Positions 1 through 9,162 of a DNA stretch of 53,072 nucleotides are shown here, one piece after another. Below the pieces are notes generated by a model, which did no database searches, was not told where the DNA came from, and worked only from the letters and a program-made list of their open reading frames with translations. The stretch comes from Deltaproteobacteria bacterium (GTDB lineage: Bacteria; Desulfobacterota; Binatia; UBA12015): contig JAYGCM010000031.1 of NCBI GenBank assembly GCA_046583355.1, positions 1-53,072 of the forward strand. Direction: 5' to 3'. A program made the translations under genes and the position numbers. Numbering within the stretch: position 1 is the stretch's first letter; each line of letters opens with the position of its first letter.

Positions 1-1
1 G

Positions 2-565
2 GCGGCGCAAGGCGCGATCTCCTCGCCGCTGCTCGACGATGTCTCGATCCGCGGCGCACGCGGCGTGTTGATCAATATCACGGGCGGGCCGGATCTCTCG
101 CTGCATGAAGTGAACGAGGCGGCGACCCTCATCGAAGAAGAGGCGCATGAGGATGCGAATATCATCTTCGGCGCTGTGATCGACGACGCGATGGAAGGTC
201 AGATGCGTGTCACGGTCATCGCCACCGGCTTCGGCGAAGCCGACGGCATGGCTCTGCCGAGTGCCGACGAGGTGCTCGGCACCCGCGAGGGCTTTGGTGC
301 CCGGCCGCGCCCGGATCTGCGCCGCCCAGCGGCGCCGCCGCCGCTGCCCGCCCAGCGCCGCACCGCAGCCACGGTGCCCAACTCGATTGCAGGCGACAGC
401 ATGCAATACGAGGAATCGGCCGCCGGCCGCCGCGTTGTCCGTATGGGCACGATCGAAGACGGCACCAACCCGGTGGTCCGTCAGACGGTCGGCAGTGATG
501 CTGCCGGTACTGACGAAGAGAGCGAGTACGATATCCCGACCTTCCTGCGCCGCCAGTCGCGCTAG
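2..565 (+). CDS. ftsZ: Cell division protein FtsZ, C-terminal part (5' end outside the window)
   Basis: [31 protein letters not shown] and RVTVIATGF core motifs, a low-complexity linker and the conserved C-terminal peptide DIPTFLRRQ. The frame is open from the window start. Confidence 0.97.
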   Translation, partial: AAQGAISSPLLDDVSIRGARGVLINITGGPDLSLHEVNEAATLIEEEAHEDANIIFGAVIDDAMEGQMRVTVIATGFGEADGMALPSADEVLGTREGFGARPRPDLRRPAAPPPLPAQRRTAATVPNSIAGDSMQYEESAAGRRVVRMGTIEDGTNPVVRQTVGSDAAGTDEESEYDIPTFLRRQSR

Positions 566-591
566 AGGTTCGGAGGAAATACCAGGCAGGG

Positions 592-628
592 AACGCCCGC
601 AGGAGATCTCTCTCCTGCGGGCGTTTTT
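592..628 (+). terminator. Intrinsic terminator after ftsZ
   Basis: Perfect 15-bp inverted repeat AACGCCCGCAGGAGA (592-606) / TCTCCTGCGGGCGTT (611-625), 4-nt loop, T-run at 624-628. Confidence 0.8.
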
Positions 629-654
629 GCGTTGGTAGGGCTAGTCTCTCTCCC

Positions 655-2340
655 GTGAAGGACACCGAGGAGATTGCGCTTGGGCGCCTGGCGGCTGAGC
701 GCTCGTTGATACCGCGTCCGCCGACGCGTGGGGATCTCTCCTTTTGTCTCGCCTACCCGAACTCCTACCCGGTGGGCATGGCGAATTTGGGCTTTCAGGC
801 GATCTATGGCCTGCTCGGGCGTGCTGGTGTCGGTGTTGAGCGCGCCTTTTTGCCCGATCGTCGTCCTTGGGGGAAGGTGCGTACCCTGGAAGGGGGGCGT
901 TCGCTCTCCGATTTCGATGTTCTGGCCTTCTCGCTTTCTTTTGAGACCGATTACGTCCATGTGCTCGATATGCTGGCCGCCTCGGGGATGGCGCTGCGCT
1001 CGGCCGACCGGTCCAAGCATGATCCGCTGGTGGTCGCGGGCGGCCCGGCGACCTTCCTCAACCCCGAGCCTCTGGCCGATTTCGTCGACCTCTTTCTGAT
1101 CGGCGAGGCCGAGGAGATGCTGCCGGAATGGCTTGACGCTCTGCGCGGTGCACCGCAGCGAGGCCGCGAAGCATGGCTCGAGGCGAGCGCTGATGTGGTG
1201 GGTGCCTACCTGCCGCAGTCCTGGCCCGGTTTCCCCCGCGCCTCGCGCGAAGAGGCCCCGCGGGTCGTGCGTCGCTATATCGCCGACCTGGACGAATTTC
1301 CGACCTCGACGCGGGTCATCGCGCCCGAGGCTGTCTTCGGCGATATGTTTCTCGTCGAGGCGAGCCGTGGCTGTGAATGGGGTTGCCGCTTTTGCGCCGC
1401 CGGCTTCATGTACCGCCCGGTTCGTCATCGCAGCGAGGAATCTTTGCGTCGCCAGGTCATCGAAGAGGCTTTGCCGCAGAGCCGCACGGTGGGTCTGGTC
1501 GGAGCCGAAATGGCGAGTCAGCCGGGGATCGCGGCTCTTTGCCACGAGATCGCGGAGCGCGGTGGGCGCGCCTCGCCTTCCTCGCTCAAGGCCGATCTGC
1601 TCACGCCGGAACTGGCCGACGCGATTGGCGGTGGTGGGGCGCGTTCAGTGACCATCGCGCCCGAGGCCGGCAGCGAGCGAATGCGGCGCTTTATCAACAA
1701 GAACTTGAGCGAGGACGAGATCCTGCGCGCCGCGGAGCTGATTGCCGGTGGCGGGGTCGACTCGATGAAGCTCTACGCGATGATCGGCCTGCCCACCGAG
1801 ACCGATGACGATGTCCTGGCCATCGCCGAGCTGGCCGCGAAGATCCGCGAGCGCCTGAGCGGCATCGGGCGGATCACGCTCTCGATCAACCCCTTCGTGC
1901 CGAAGCCCTGGACGCCGCTGCAATGGGAACCGATGGAGTCGATCAAGACGCTGCGCCGGCGCGCGCGCCTGCTGCAGAAGGCGATCGTGAAGATTCCCGG
2001 TTCTTCGATGGATCTCGAATCGCCGCGTGAGGCCTATTGGCAGACGCTGCTCTCGCGCGGCGACCGCCGGGTCGGGGTGATCCTCGAAGAGGTGCATAGG
2101 CGGCAAGGTAAATTCTGGTCGGTACTGCGCGAGGCCAACCTCGAAGGTGGAATGGGCGATTGTCCTCCGCCGTCGGAATTCGTCGAGCGACGAATGGACG
2201 CGGACGAGAATCTGCCCTGGGATTTCATCGACCACTCGGTCTCCAAGCGCTACCTCCTGAGCGAATGGCGCAAGGCATTGCTCGAGCGCCAGACGCCGCC
2301 CTGTGATGTGGCGAGCTGTACGACCTGCGGAGCCTGCTGA
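655..2340 (+). CDS. Radical SAM protein, TIGR03960/YgiQ-like, with B12-binding-like N-terminal region
   Basis: YPNSYPVGMANLG, GGPATFLNPEP, CxxxCxxC (RGCEWGCRFC), TIAPEAGSERMR, MIGLPTETDDD, FVPKPWTP and a C-terminal Cys cluster (CDVASCTTCGAC). Confidence 0.85.
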   Translation: MKDTEEIALGRLAAERSLIPRPPTRGDLSFCLAYPNSYPVGMANLGFQAIYGLLGRAGVGVERAFLPDRRPWGKVRTLEGGRSLSDFDVLAFSLSFETDYVHVLDMLAASGMALRSADRSKHDPLVVAGGPATFLNPEPLADFVDLFLIGEAEEMLPEWLDALRGAPQRGREAWLEASADVVGAYLPQSWPGFPRASREEAPRVVRRYIADLDEFPTSTRVIAPEAVFGDMFLVEASRGCEWGCRFCAAGFMYRPVRHRSEESLRRQVIEEALPQSRTVGLVGAEMASQPGIAALCHEIAERGGRASPSSLKADLLTPELADAIGGGGARSVTIAPEAGSERMRRFINKNLSEDEILRAAELIAGGGVDSMKLYAMIGLPTETDDDVLAIAELAAKIRERLSGIGRITLSINPFVPKPWTPLQWEPMESIKTLRRRARLLQKAIVKIPGSSMDLESPREAYWQTLLSRGDRRVGVILEEVHRRQGKFWSVLREANLEGGMGDCPPPSEFVERRMDADENLPWDFIDHSVSKRYLLSEWRKALLERQTPPCDVASCTTCGAC

Positions 2341-2342
2341 AC

Positions 2343-2747
2343 GTGGTGGTCGGCACCGGTATGGATCTGGCTGAAGTGGAGCGCACGCTCGCCGCCGTCG
2401 ATGGCCGCCATGGCGCGCGCTTTCGCGACCGTGTCTACACAGCCGAAGAGCAGCGCTATTGCGACTCTCGCGGCCGCGGCCGCGGCCAGAGCTATGCCGC
2501 GCGCTTCGCGGCCAAAGAAGCGACCATGAAGGCCTTGGGTGTGGGCTGGGGCAAAGACGCCGGCTTCAGCGAGATAGAGGTCCGCCGCGAACCGCAGGGG
2601 CGCCCCTCGCTGCTGCTCTCCGGCGCCGCTGCGGCGACCGCAAGCCGCATGGGCATCACCCACCTTCACCTCTCGCTGACCCATACCGCAGGCCTGGCCG
2701 GCGCTTTCGTTGTCGCCGAGCAGGAACCCGCCGCCGACTCAGATTAG
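2343..2747 (+). CDS. acpS: Holo-[acyl-carrier-protein] synthase
   Basis: GTGMDLAEVER, YAARFAAKEATMKALG, GRPSL and HLSLTH motifs. Confidence 0.93.
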   Translation: MVVGTGMDLAEVERTLAAVDGRHGARFRDRVYTAEEQRYCDSRGRGRGQSYAARFAAKEATMKALGVGWGKDAGFSEIEVRREPQGRPSLLLSGAAAATASRMGITHLHLSLTHTAGLAGAFVVAEQEPAADSD

Positions 2748-2768
2748 CGGCGCGGTTCGACCAAAAAC

Positions 2769-3059
2769 TCAGTCCGAGTGGAGTGCGGCAGCCTTGTCGG
2801 CTTGGCCACGTTGGTCGAGCACGAAGAAAAGCGCGCCAAGGGCAAAGGTGCCGAAAAACAAGCCGCCGAGCATCCACGGCAGCGCGGGTAGCTCGTTGGT
2901 GCGGGCGAAGGCGTAACAAAGCCCCGCGAAGGTGAGGAGCATCATCAGACCTGTCGCCACCATGACCGCTGTCGGAAGCTCCGGCATGACCAGGAAGAGA
3001 ATGGTCGGAATGCTGATGATTGTCGCTAGAGTTTCCAGAGTTTGACCCGCCCGAGGCAT
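2769..3059 (-). CDS. Small hypothetical membrane protein
   Basis: About 96 aa with three hydrophobic segments, filling the gap between acpS and the EEP gene. Start codon uncertain. Confidence 0.5.
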   Translation of the reverse strand: MPRAGQTLETLATIISIPTILFLVMPELPTAVMVATGLMMLLTFAGLCYAFARTNELPALPWMLGGLFFGTFALGALFFVLDQRGQADKAAALHSD

Positions 3060-3137
3060 CAACTCTAGAGGTCTGGCCGGAAAGTACAACGGCAGCCGCT
3101 GCCGCTTGCCGCTGCTGGACTCGTTTTACTCCTCCAC

Positions 3138-4055
3138 TCATCCCTCGATGCCGAACGCGTTCTCGTCGGACGCTTGCGGCCGATCGATTTCGAAGACGGC
3201 GAAAAGGGCCGGGTGGTCGCTCAAGGGTCCCGCCGTGCTGACCAGGGCCAGGTCCTCGCCGACACTACGCGGCCTCAGGATGGCATCGCGGCCGCTGCGG
3301 TAAAGGATATAGTCGAGGATTTTCCAATCGCTCTCGGCATCCGCACGAGCGCCGGAGTCCTTCAGGGAGAGGCCGCGTTGAAAATCGGCGAGGAGTCGAC
3401 GGTCGGCTTCATTGTCGGCGTTCAGGTTGAGGTCGCCGGCGACGATCAGCGCGCTTCCGGCGAGCGTGCGTTGCAGCGTCTCGGTGATCTGGCCGAGTTG
3501 CAGCATACGCGCACGGCGATCTTCGGGGTCGTCGCCCGCATCCAGATGAGTGTTCAGAATGTAGACGACGGCGCCCTCGTTTGTGCGCACACGGGCGAGT
3601 TGAAAGCCCTTGGTCGCGAAGCAATCGTTCCAGCCAAGGAGCCAGCCGGAGCACGCCTCGTAGGCATGTGACTCGATGGATATCGGCCAGTCTTCGGGCA
3701 GATGCGATACGATGGTCAGCCCGGAACCGGAGCAGATGGGGCACCAAGGCATGCGACTCTCGCCTCCGCGCCTGGCGCGTCCGTCGCCAATGCCCGTGAG
3801 GAGCCTCTCGTGGTGCGCGAAATCTTCCTGCAGCAGGGCGAGGTCGTAGCGCTGCGTCGCTTGCCCGATCTTCGGGAAGCGCATCTGCGGATCGTCGCCG
3901 GCAATCAGCGCCGAGAGCCCGTGCGTATTGTAGACCAGGAGACGTAACTCCACGCCGCGCGCGTCCACGGCGAGCAGCAGCAGCGGGAGCAGTGCGAGGC
4001 CGCCAAGCCGCCAACGTGGTCGGCGGCGGTGGGTATTGTGCTGCTTGCGGTGCAT
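3138..4055 (-). CDS. Secreted endonuclease/exonuclease/phosphatase (EEP) family protein, sphingomyelinase-like
   Basis: Signal-peptide-like N-terminus, then LLVYNTHGL, LLQEDF, GSGL, KGF, NTHLDAG, AGDLN, LDYILYR and SDH motifs. Start moved to the Met at 4055. Confidence 0.85.
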   Translation of the reverse strand: MHRKQHNTHRRRPRWRLGGLALLPLLLLAVDARGVELRLLVYNTHGLSALIAGDDPQMRFPKIGQATQRYDLALLQEDFAHHERLLTGIGDGRARRGGESRMPWCPICSGSGLTIVSHLPEDWPISIESHAYEACSGWLLGWNDCFATKGFQLARVRTNEGAVVYILNTHLDAGDDPEDRRARMLQLGQITETLQRTLAGSALIVAGDLNLNADNEADRRLLADFQRGLSLKDSGARADAESDWKILDYILYRSGRDAILRPRSVGEDLALVSTAGPLSDHPALFAVFEIDRPQASDENAFGIEG

Positions 4056-4296
4056 CAGGAATCGGCTCGCTGGTCGCCGACCGGCCCCGCGAGGCGGGGT
4101 GACCCGCCGCTGCGCACTGGGCGACACCACAAATCTAACCAGAGGCCCAACCGAAAAACATGCCTGCATCCGGGCACCGGCAGGCGGTCGAAGTGCAGTT
4201 CGGTGGTGCGCGCAAAGTGAGGTAAGGAAATCGACGCGAGGTAAGCAACGTCCCCGATACTGCGGGCGCTGGGCACGCGCGACGAGGGAGCGAGTC

Positions 4297-4677
4297 ATGG
4301 CAGAGCGAGACACGGCACCGGAGAATATATTTCAATGGCTTTTTGAGGCCGGCGAGGTTCAGGTGCAAAGACTCGCCCAGGAGATTCTGCGCAACCCCAA
4401 GGTCGGCGAGACCCTGGCCGCCGCACTGAAAGGCGCGGCGCAGACCAAGGGCCAGCTCGACCGCAACCTGGAGATGGTCCTGGCCGCCCTGAACCTCCCC
4501 TCGCGCAGCGATATCGCGCGCCTCGAAGCCAAGATCGAGGGCTTGCAGGGAAGCCTCGTCAACCTGAATATCAAGGTCGACCGCGTGCTTGCCGACAAAA
4601 GCCCGCGCAAGCGCCCGGCGCCTCGTCGCACCAATCGCCCGCGCCCCGGCAGCTCCGCTGAGAAGCCGGAACTTTAG
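4297..4677 (+). CDS. Phasin / PHA-granule-associated-like coiled-coil protein
   Basis: GGGAG RBS before ATG 4297; LNLPSRSDIARLEAKIE motif typical of PhaE C-termini and PhaI/PhaF-like proteins; basic Pro-rich tail. Confidence 0.6.
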   Translation: MAERDTAPENIFQWLFEAGEVQVQRLAQEILRNPKVGETLAAALKGAAQTKGQLDRNLEMVLAALNLPSRSDIARLEAKIEGLQGSLVNLNIKVDRVLADKSPRKRPAPRRTNRPRPGSSAEKPEL

Positions 4678-5801
4678 AGAAGTTCGGCCAGGTGGGTGAC
4701 ACCGGCCAGTGTGGTCGGCGCCGGCGTCAATGCGGGCAATTCGGTCCAGAGGCGTGCCTCGGCATGGGTGCCGACCTTGTCGAAGGAGGTGCGCAGATCG
4801 TACAGGATCCGCGCCTGGTTGGCGCGCAAGAATTCGAGGTCGCGTGAGCAATGCACCATCTTGCGCGCAAGCCCGGCCGACCATTTCGCGACCTTCGGTG
4901 CTTTGCCGCCTTTGGTTTCGGCTGGTGCCGCGGCATCGGCGACAAAATGGCCGGGCGAGAAGAGCCGGTTCAGGATGACCGCGTCAATCGGGATGCCGGC
5001 TTCATCGACCTGGCTCGCGAAGGCAAGGAGCTCCTTGTTGCTATGCGGGTCAGGGGCCGAAATGAGGACGAAGCGGGTATCCTCGCTATGCAGCAGGTCG
5101 CGGATCGCATGCGCGCGGGTGCGGAAGCCCGGTGCGATCGCAGCGAAATCCGTCGCGAGTCGCGAGATATCGCTCATGAGGGTGAGGCCCGTCATGCGCT
5201 CGATTGCGGCCATGACGGTACCGAGAATCGCCTGCGTGATGCGCCCGGTAGCCGCACCGAGAATCCGGATCGGCTCGCTCAGATAGTCCAAGGCATTGGA
5301 CTCAAGCAAGGCGAGGATGCGGTCCGGTGCGTCGAAGAGTTCCAGCGCATGCGTGGCCGGTGGGGTATCGACGACGATCAGGTCGAAGCGCTCATCGTCG
5401 GCGATGTCGAGGAGTTGTTCCAGCGCCATATAGGAATCCGATCCCGCGAAAGCTCCGGCAATATTGCGATAAATCGGGTTCTCGATGATCGCCCCGGCGA
5501 GTGCCGCGCCACCGGCCAGTCGGCCGACGAGGTCGTCGAAGAGCCCTTTGGCGTCGAGCAGGATTGCATCGAGCGTGCCTTCTGTTCCCTCGGGCAGGGG
5601 GACGCGGTGCAGGTGTCCGGCCTCGTCGGGCAGGTCCAGCGCATCTTTGAGGCGAGCGGCCGGGTCGATTGTCAAAACAGCAACCCGGTCGCCGCGGCGG
5701 GCAGCGGCGATGGCGATCGCGGCCGCCGTAGTCGTCTTGCCGACGCCGCCCGCGCCCAGGCAGACGACGACGCGGGTCCCCTCCAGGAGTTCAGCCAACA
5801 T
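4674..5801 (-). CDS. ArsA/GET3-family ATPase (Rv3680/BagB-like)
   Basis: VVVCLGAGGVGKTTTAAA, VLTIDPAARL and DLIVVDTPP motifs. Confidence 0.88.
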   Translation of the reverse strand: MLAELLEGTRVVVCLGAGGVGKTTTAAAIAIAAARRGDRVAVLTIDPAARLKDALDLPDEAGHLHRVPLPEGTEGTLDAILLDAKGLFDDLVGRLAGGAALAGAIIENPIYRNIAGAFAGSDSYMALEQLLDIADDERFDLIVVDTPPATHALELFDAPDRILALLESNALDYLSEPIRILGAATGRITQAILGTVMAAIERMTGLTLMSDISRLATDFAAIAPGFRTRAHAIRDLLHSEDTRFVLISAPDPHSNKELLAFASQVDEAGIPIDAVILNRLFSPGHFVADAAAPAETKGGKAPKVAKWSAGLARKMVHCSRDLEFLRANQARILYDLRTSFDKVGTHAEARLWTELPALTPAPTTLAGVTHLAELL

Positions 5802-6714
5802 TGTGGATCACCGGACGCAGCGCCGAGGCCAGCGGTGCGAGTTCGTCGAGGTCCATGGCCTCGCCGAAGACGAAGGGCAACTCGAGTGGCCGTCTGCCGG
5901 TTGCCTTTTTGAGTTGACGCGCGTAGGTCTGCGCAAGGTGGCGCTTTTTGCGAAAGAACGCCGCGGCCAGGAGCAGATCCGGGTCGATGCTGCCGTCTTT
6001 CTCGGCGGCGTCAATCGCACGCTCCTCGCTTTGGCTGAAGCGCCGCGACCATGCCTGGTTCAGCAAGGGCGGTAGCAGGGCCAAGCCAAGCTCGTCGCGT
6101 AGCGCAGTGAAAAGCTCGATCCCTTCGGCGACGGCCCAATCTTCCGGAATCGCCACCACAGCGGCCTGCGTGCAATCGGGGTCCGCCAGCCAGCGCTGCG
6201 TGCGGCGCAGCGACTCGCCCAAAGGTCCGATGGTGGCGAGCGCCGAGAGCGTGCGCGGTGCTGCCAGCAGGGGAAGGGAGTGGCCGCTGGCCGGTGCGTC
6301 AAGAACCACCAGGTCGTAGCGCGGCTGTCCGGTCGTGCGTCCATCCGCATAGCCGACGATCCGCGTCAGCAAAGCGGCCTCAAGGATGCCTGGCACGGCT
6401 GCACAGAGCACCTGAAAGGTCCGGCTTCCCAGCAGGCGGCGCGAGAGCACGCGCAAGGGCATCACGCTATCGATGAAGGATTCGATGCAGCGCTGCTCGT
6501 CCAACGCCAAAGCATCGAGCCCGGGCCGGATCTCGCGCGGCCGATGGTCAAGCGAATCGACCCCAAGCACGCCCGCCAGCCGCCCCGGCGAGGCCAGCTC
6601 AATGAGCAGCGCCCGCTGCCCCGCAGCCGCAGCCGCGCTCCCCAGCGCCGCCGCAACCGTCGTCTTCCCGACGCCACCTTTCCCGGTGACGATCATCAAC
6701 TGACCCGCAGACAT
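5791..6714 (-). CDS. ArsA/GET3-family ATPase (Rv3679/BagA-like)
   Basis: VTGKGGVGKTT deviant Walker A and YDLVVLDAPASGH; overlaps the downstream paralog by 11 nt. Confidence 0.88.
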   Translation of the reverse strand: MSAGQLMIVTGKGGVGKTTVAAALGSAAAAAGQRALLIELASPGRLAGVLGVDSLDHRPREIRPGLDALALDEQRCIESFIDSVMPLRVLSRRLLGSRTFQVLCAAVPGILEAALLTRIVGYADGRTTGQPRYDLVVLDAPASGHSLPLLAAPRTLSALATIGPLGESLRRTQRWLADPDCTQAAVVAIPEDWAVAEGIELFTALRDELGLALLPPLLNQAWSRRFSQSEERAIDAAEKDGSIDPDLLLAAAFFRKKRHLAQTYARQLKKATGRRPLELPFVFGEAMDLDELAPLASALRPVIHNVG

Positions 6715-6917
6715 CCTCCGAGCAAGTAATGAAGCCCCGTCCCGCTTTCAACGCCCGACCGCGGAGTTGGTCCCCCCGGCACTTCAGGAAAAGGCTCCAG
6801 GGTATGGATCGACCGACGGCCGATGACCCATGCCGAGTTGGCGAAGCGGTCGGGCCTGCCGCGCCGCTCGAGCCGCCTTACGGACACCTCTTCGGTGTCG
6901 CGTTGTCCCGTTGACCC

Positions 6918-8198
6918 CTACAGCGAGTAGCCCAGCTCGAGGGCGATGGTGTCCTGGCCGCGGTAGTAGCCGCCGGGTGTGCTGGCGGCGAAGACGGCTT
7001 GGTCGGATTCGTCGTGGCGGTATTCGGCGCGGAGGTAGATGAGGTCCGAGAGCATGACTTTCGCATTCACAGTGAGGGCCCAGAGGGTTTGCTCGGTGCC
7101 GGTGCGGGTGGCCGCGGCGTCCTGGAACCATTCGCCGCGCAGGGCGCCTTGCCAGCGGCCGTGGGTGTAGCTGGCGATGCCGGAGAAACCTGACCAGGTG
7201 GCGTGCTGGCCGATTTCGGTCAGGCTCGCTTTGGACTCGCTGCCGTAATCGTAGTTCAGGACAAGATCGAGGCCGGGGAGCGGCGTCATGCCGATTACGA
7301 CGTCGATCACGCCGCGTTGGTTGGATGTGCAGCCTTCGCCGTAGAGCGGCGCGCCGGCGCCGGGCTTGGGTGCGCAGGTCTGCTCGGGGCCGATGATGCC
7401 GCTCACGTAGAGGCGGAACTTTTCATTGGGCTGGATGGCGAGCTGGCCGATCGCGCTCGGGGTGGCGTTATTGTCTTGCACATTATCCCAGCCGACTACG
7501 GCGCCTGCGGTCAGCGCGATCATTTCGGTGAGCTGGTAGGTCGCGTAGCCGCCGGTATGGGTATGCGGCACGGCATAATTATAGAGGTAGGAGCGCGAGA
7601 AATTCTTGTTCAGCCAGGGCTCTGGCACCTCGGCGCCTAGCAGCGTGGACAGGCGGCCGACGCGCAGGGTCAGGCCGAGGCCGAGCGGCGCGGTATAGGC
7701 GACCCAGGCTTCCTGGATCTCGATGTCTTTGGGTTCCCAATCCGAGTCCGGCACCACGCCGCTGCCGTTCCAATCGGCTTTGAGTTGGCGCGCGATGCGG
7801 CCGGCGTCGAATTTGATATTGGCGCCGAAATCGCCGGCGGCTGGCTGCGGGTTCCAGCCGAGTTCGGCCTGGAAGAGTTCAACGCTGATATCGCTTGTGT
7901 TGTTCGCGGCTGGGCGTAGCGAGTTGGTGCCGCTCATGGGGACGTTCGCGTTCCATATATAGGAGGTGGAGAGCCCGGAGCGGACGCGGAAGAGGGTCGG
8001 CTCGAGATGTTTGTCCAACCGGGCGGCCTGCTGGTCGAGCCAATCGAGGCCGGGCATGGCAGCGATGTCCGTGGGCGCCGGCTGCTCGGCCCTTGCGTAG
8101 GGTTCCGCCATGCCGCCGGCGACGCGGGCTTGCGCGCTGCCGGCCGCCAGAAGGCAGAGGGCTATCGTCATCCGAGAAAGGAGCTGTTCGTTCCGCAT
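6918..8198 (-). CDS. Outer-membrane beta-barrel porin (BBP2/DUF1597-like)
   Basis: Signal peptide, IQEAWVAY, GRLSTLLGAE, NFSRSYLYNYAVPHTHTG, GWD, RGEWFQD, LRAEYRHD and terminal beta-strand LELGYSL. Confidence 0.8.
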   Translation of the reverse strand: MRNEQLLSRMTIALCLLAAGSAQARVAGGMAEPYARAEQPAPTDIAAMPGLDWLDQQAARLDKHLEPTLFRVRSGLSTSYIWNANVPMSGTNSLRPAANNTSDISVELFQAELGWNPQPAAGDFGANIKFDAGRIARQLKADWNGSGVVPDSDWEPKDIEIQEAWVAYTAPLGLGLTLRVGRLSTLLGAEVPEPWLNKNFSRSYLYNYAVPHTHTGGYATYQLTEMIALTAGAVVGWDNVQDNNATPSAIGQLAIQPNEKFRLYVSGIIGPEQTCAPKPGAGAPLYGEGCTSNQRGVIDVVIGMTPLPGLDLVLNYDYGSESKASLTEIGQHATWSGFSGIASYTHGRWQGALRGEWFQDAAATRTGTEQTLWALTVNAKVMLSDLIYLRAEYRHDESDQAVFAASTPGGYYRGQDTIALELGYSL

Positions 8199-8223
8199 TT
8201 CCTGTTCTGTTACCGCTTTCGGG

Positions 8224-9162
8224 GTGATTTTCCGAGCGCTTCGGCCGCACGGCCGTTTGGCCCGCCATCAGGCTTGGGTCGCCGTTATTGTAGCCCTTTT
8301 CGGCGCCATGGCGGCCTCCTTTCCGGCGCGCCTGCACGCCGCAGAGACCGCGCCCGCAGCTCAGCGCGTGATCTCACTGGCGCCTTCGGTCACCGAGACG
8401 CTGTATGCGCTGGGCGTCGGCGACCGCTTGGTCGCCGTCTCGCGCCATTGTGATTACCCGGCGCCGGCCAAGCTGTTGCCGCGCGCGGGCGATTATCTGC
8501 GTCCGAGTATCGAGACGATCCTCTCTTTGACGCCGGATGTGGTGATCGGCGTCGAGACGCCGGCGAACCGCGAGAAGGTTCAAGAGCTGCGGCGCCTGGG
8601 TGTGCGCATCGAGATCGTCCCGGAGCATACACTGGCTGATGCCTGGCGCTCGATTGAGATCGTCGGCGAGTTGGTCGGTAAGCCGGCCGAGGCAGCCGCG
8701 TTGATTGTGCGCCTGCAGGGCGAGTTGGCCGCGGTGGCCGCTTCTGTCGCGAGCAAAAAACGGCGGCGCGTTCTCTTCGTGGTCGGGCATGACCCTCTGG
8801 TCGCGGTCGGGCAGGGGCTTTTCCTTGACGAATTGATCACGATTGCGGGCGGCGAGAACGTCGCTCGCAAGCTTGGCAGCTTTGCCGGCGACGAAGAAGG
8901 TCATGCCGCCGCGCTCGGACCGTGGCCGCGCCTCTCGCTGGAGACGGTCATCGCCGCGTCGCCCGAAGTGATTATTGACGGTGCGATGGGCTCGGAGTCG
9001 GCTGCTTCGCTTGCCGACTGGTGGGCGGCCTATCGTTCGGTGCCAGCGGTGCGCGACGGCCGGATCCGGCCGCAGCGGGGCGACGCGTTATTGCGTCCCG
9101 GACCACGTCTGGGCGAGGCGGCCCGTGAGATGGCGCGATTGGTTCATGGCGATGATGGCTGA
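8224..9162 (+). CDS. Cobalamin/heme ABC transporter substrate-binding protein (BtuF-like)
   Basis: RVISLAPSVTETLYALGVGDRLVAVSRHCDYP, IETILSLTPD, AGGENV and RPGPRL motifs. Start uncertain (GTG 8224 or ATG 8308). Confidence 0.85.
   Translation: MIFRALRPHGRLARHQAWVAVIVALFGAMAASFPARLHAAETAPAAQRVISLAPSVTETLYALGVGDRLVAVSRHCDYPAPAKLLPRAGDYLRPSIETILSLTPDVVIGVETPANREKVQELRRLGVRIEIVPEHTLADAWRSIEIVGELVGKPAEAAALIVRLQGELAAVAASVASKKRRRVLFVVGHDPLVAVGQGLFLDELITIAGGENVARKLGSFAGDEEGHAAALGPWPRLSLETVIAASPEVIIDGAMGSESAASLADWWAAYRSVPAVRDGRIRPQRGDALLRPGPRLGEAAREMARLVHGDDG

Noticed and set aside
4219..4245. Direct repeat GAGGTAAG at 4219 and 4238 upstream of the phasin-like gene
   Set aside because: Only two 8-mers and no candidate regulator; could be chance.
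4674..6714. Arsenic resistance locus
   Set aside because: No arsR, arsB, acr3, arsC or arsD nearby; the architecture matches the Rv3679/Rv3680-type pair.
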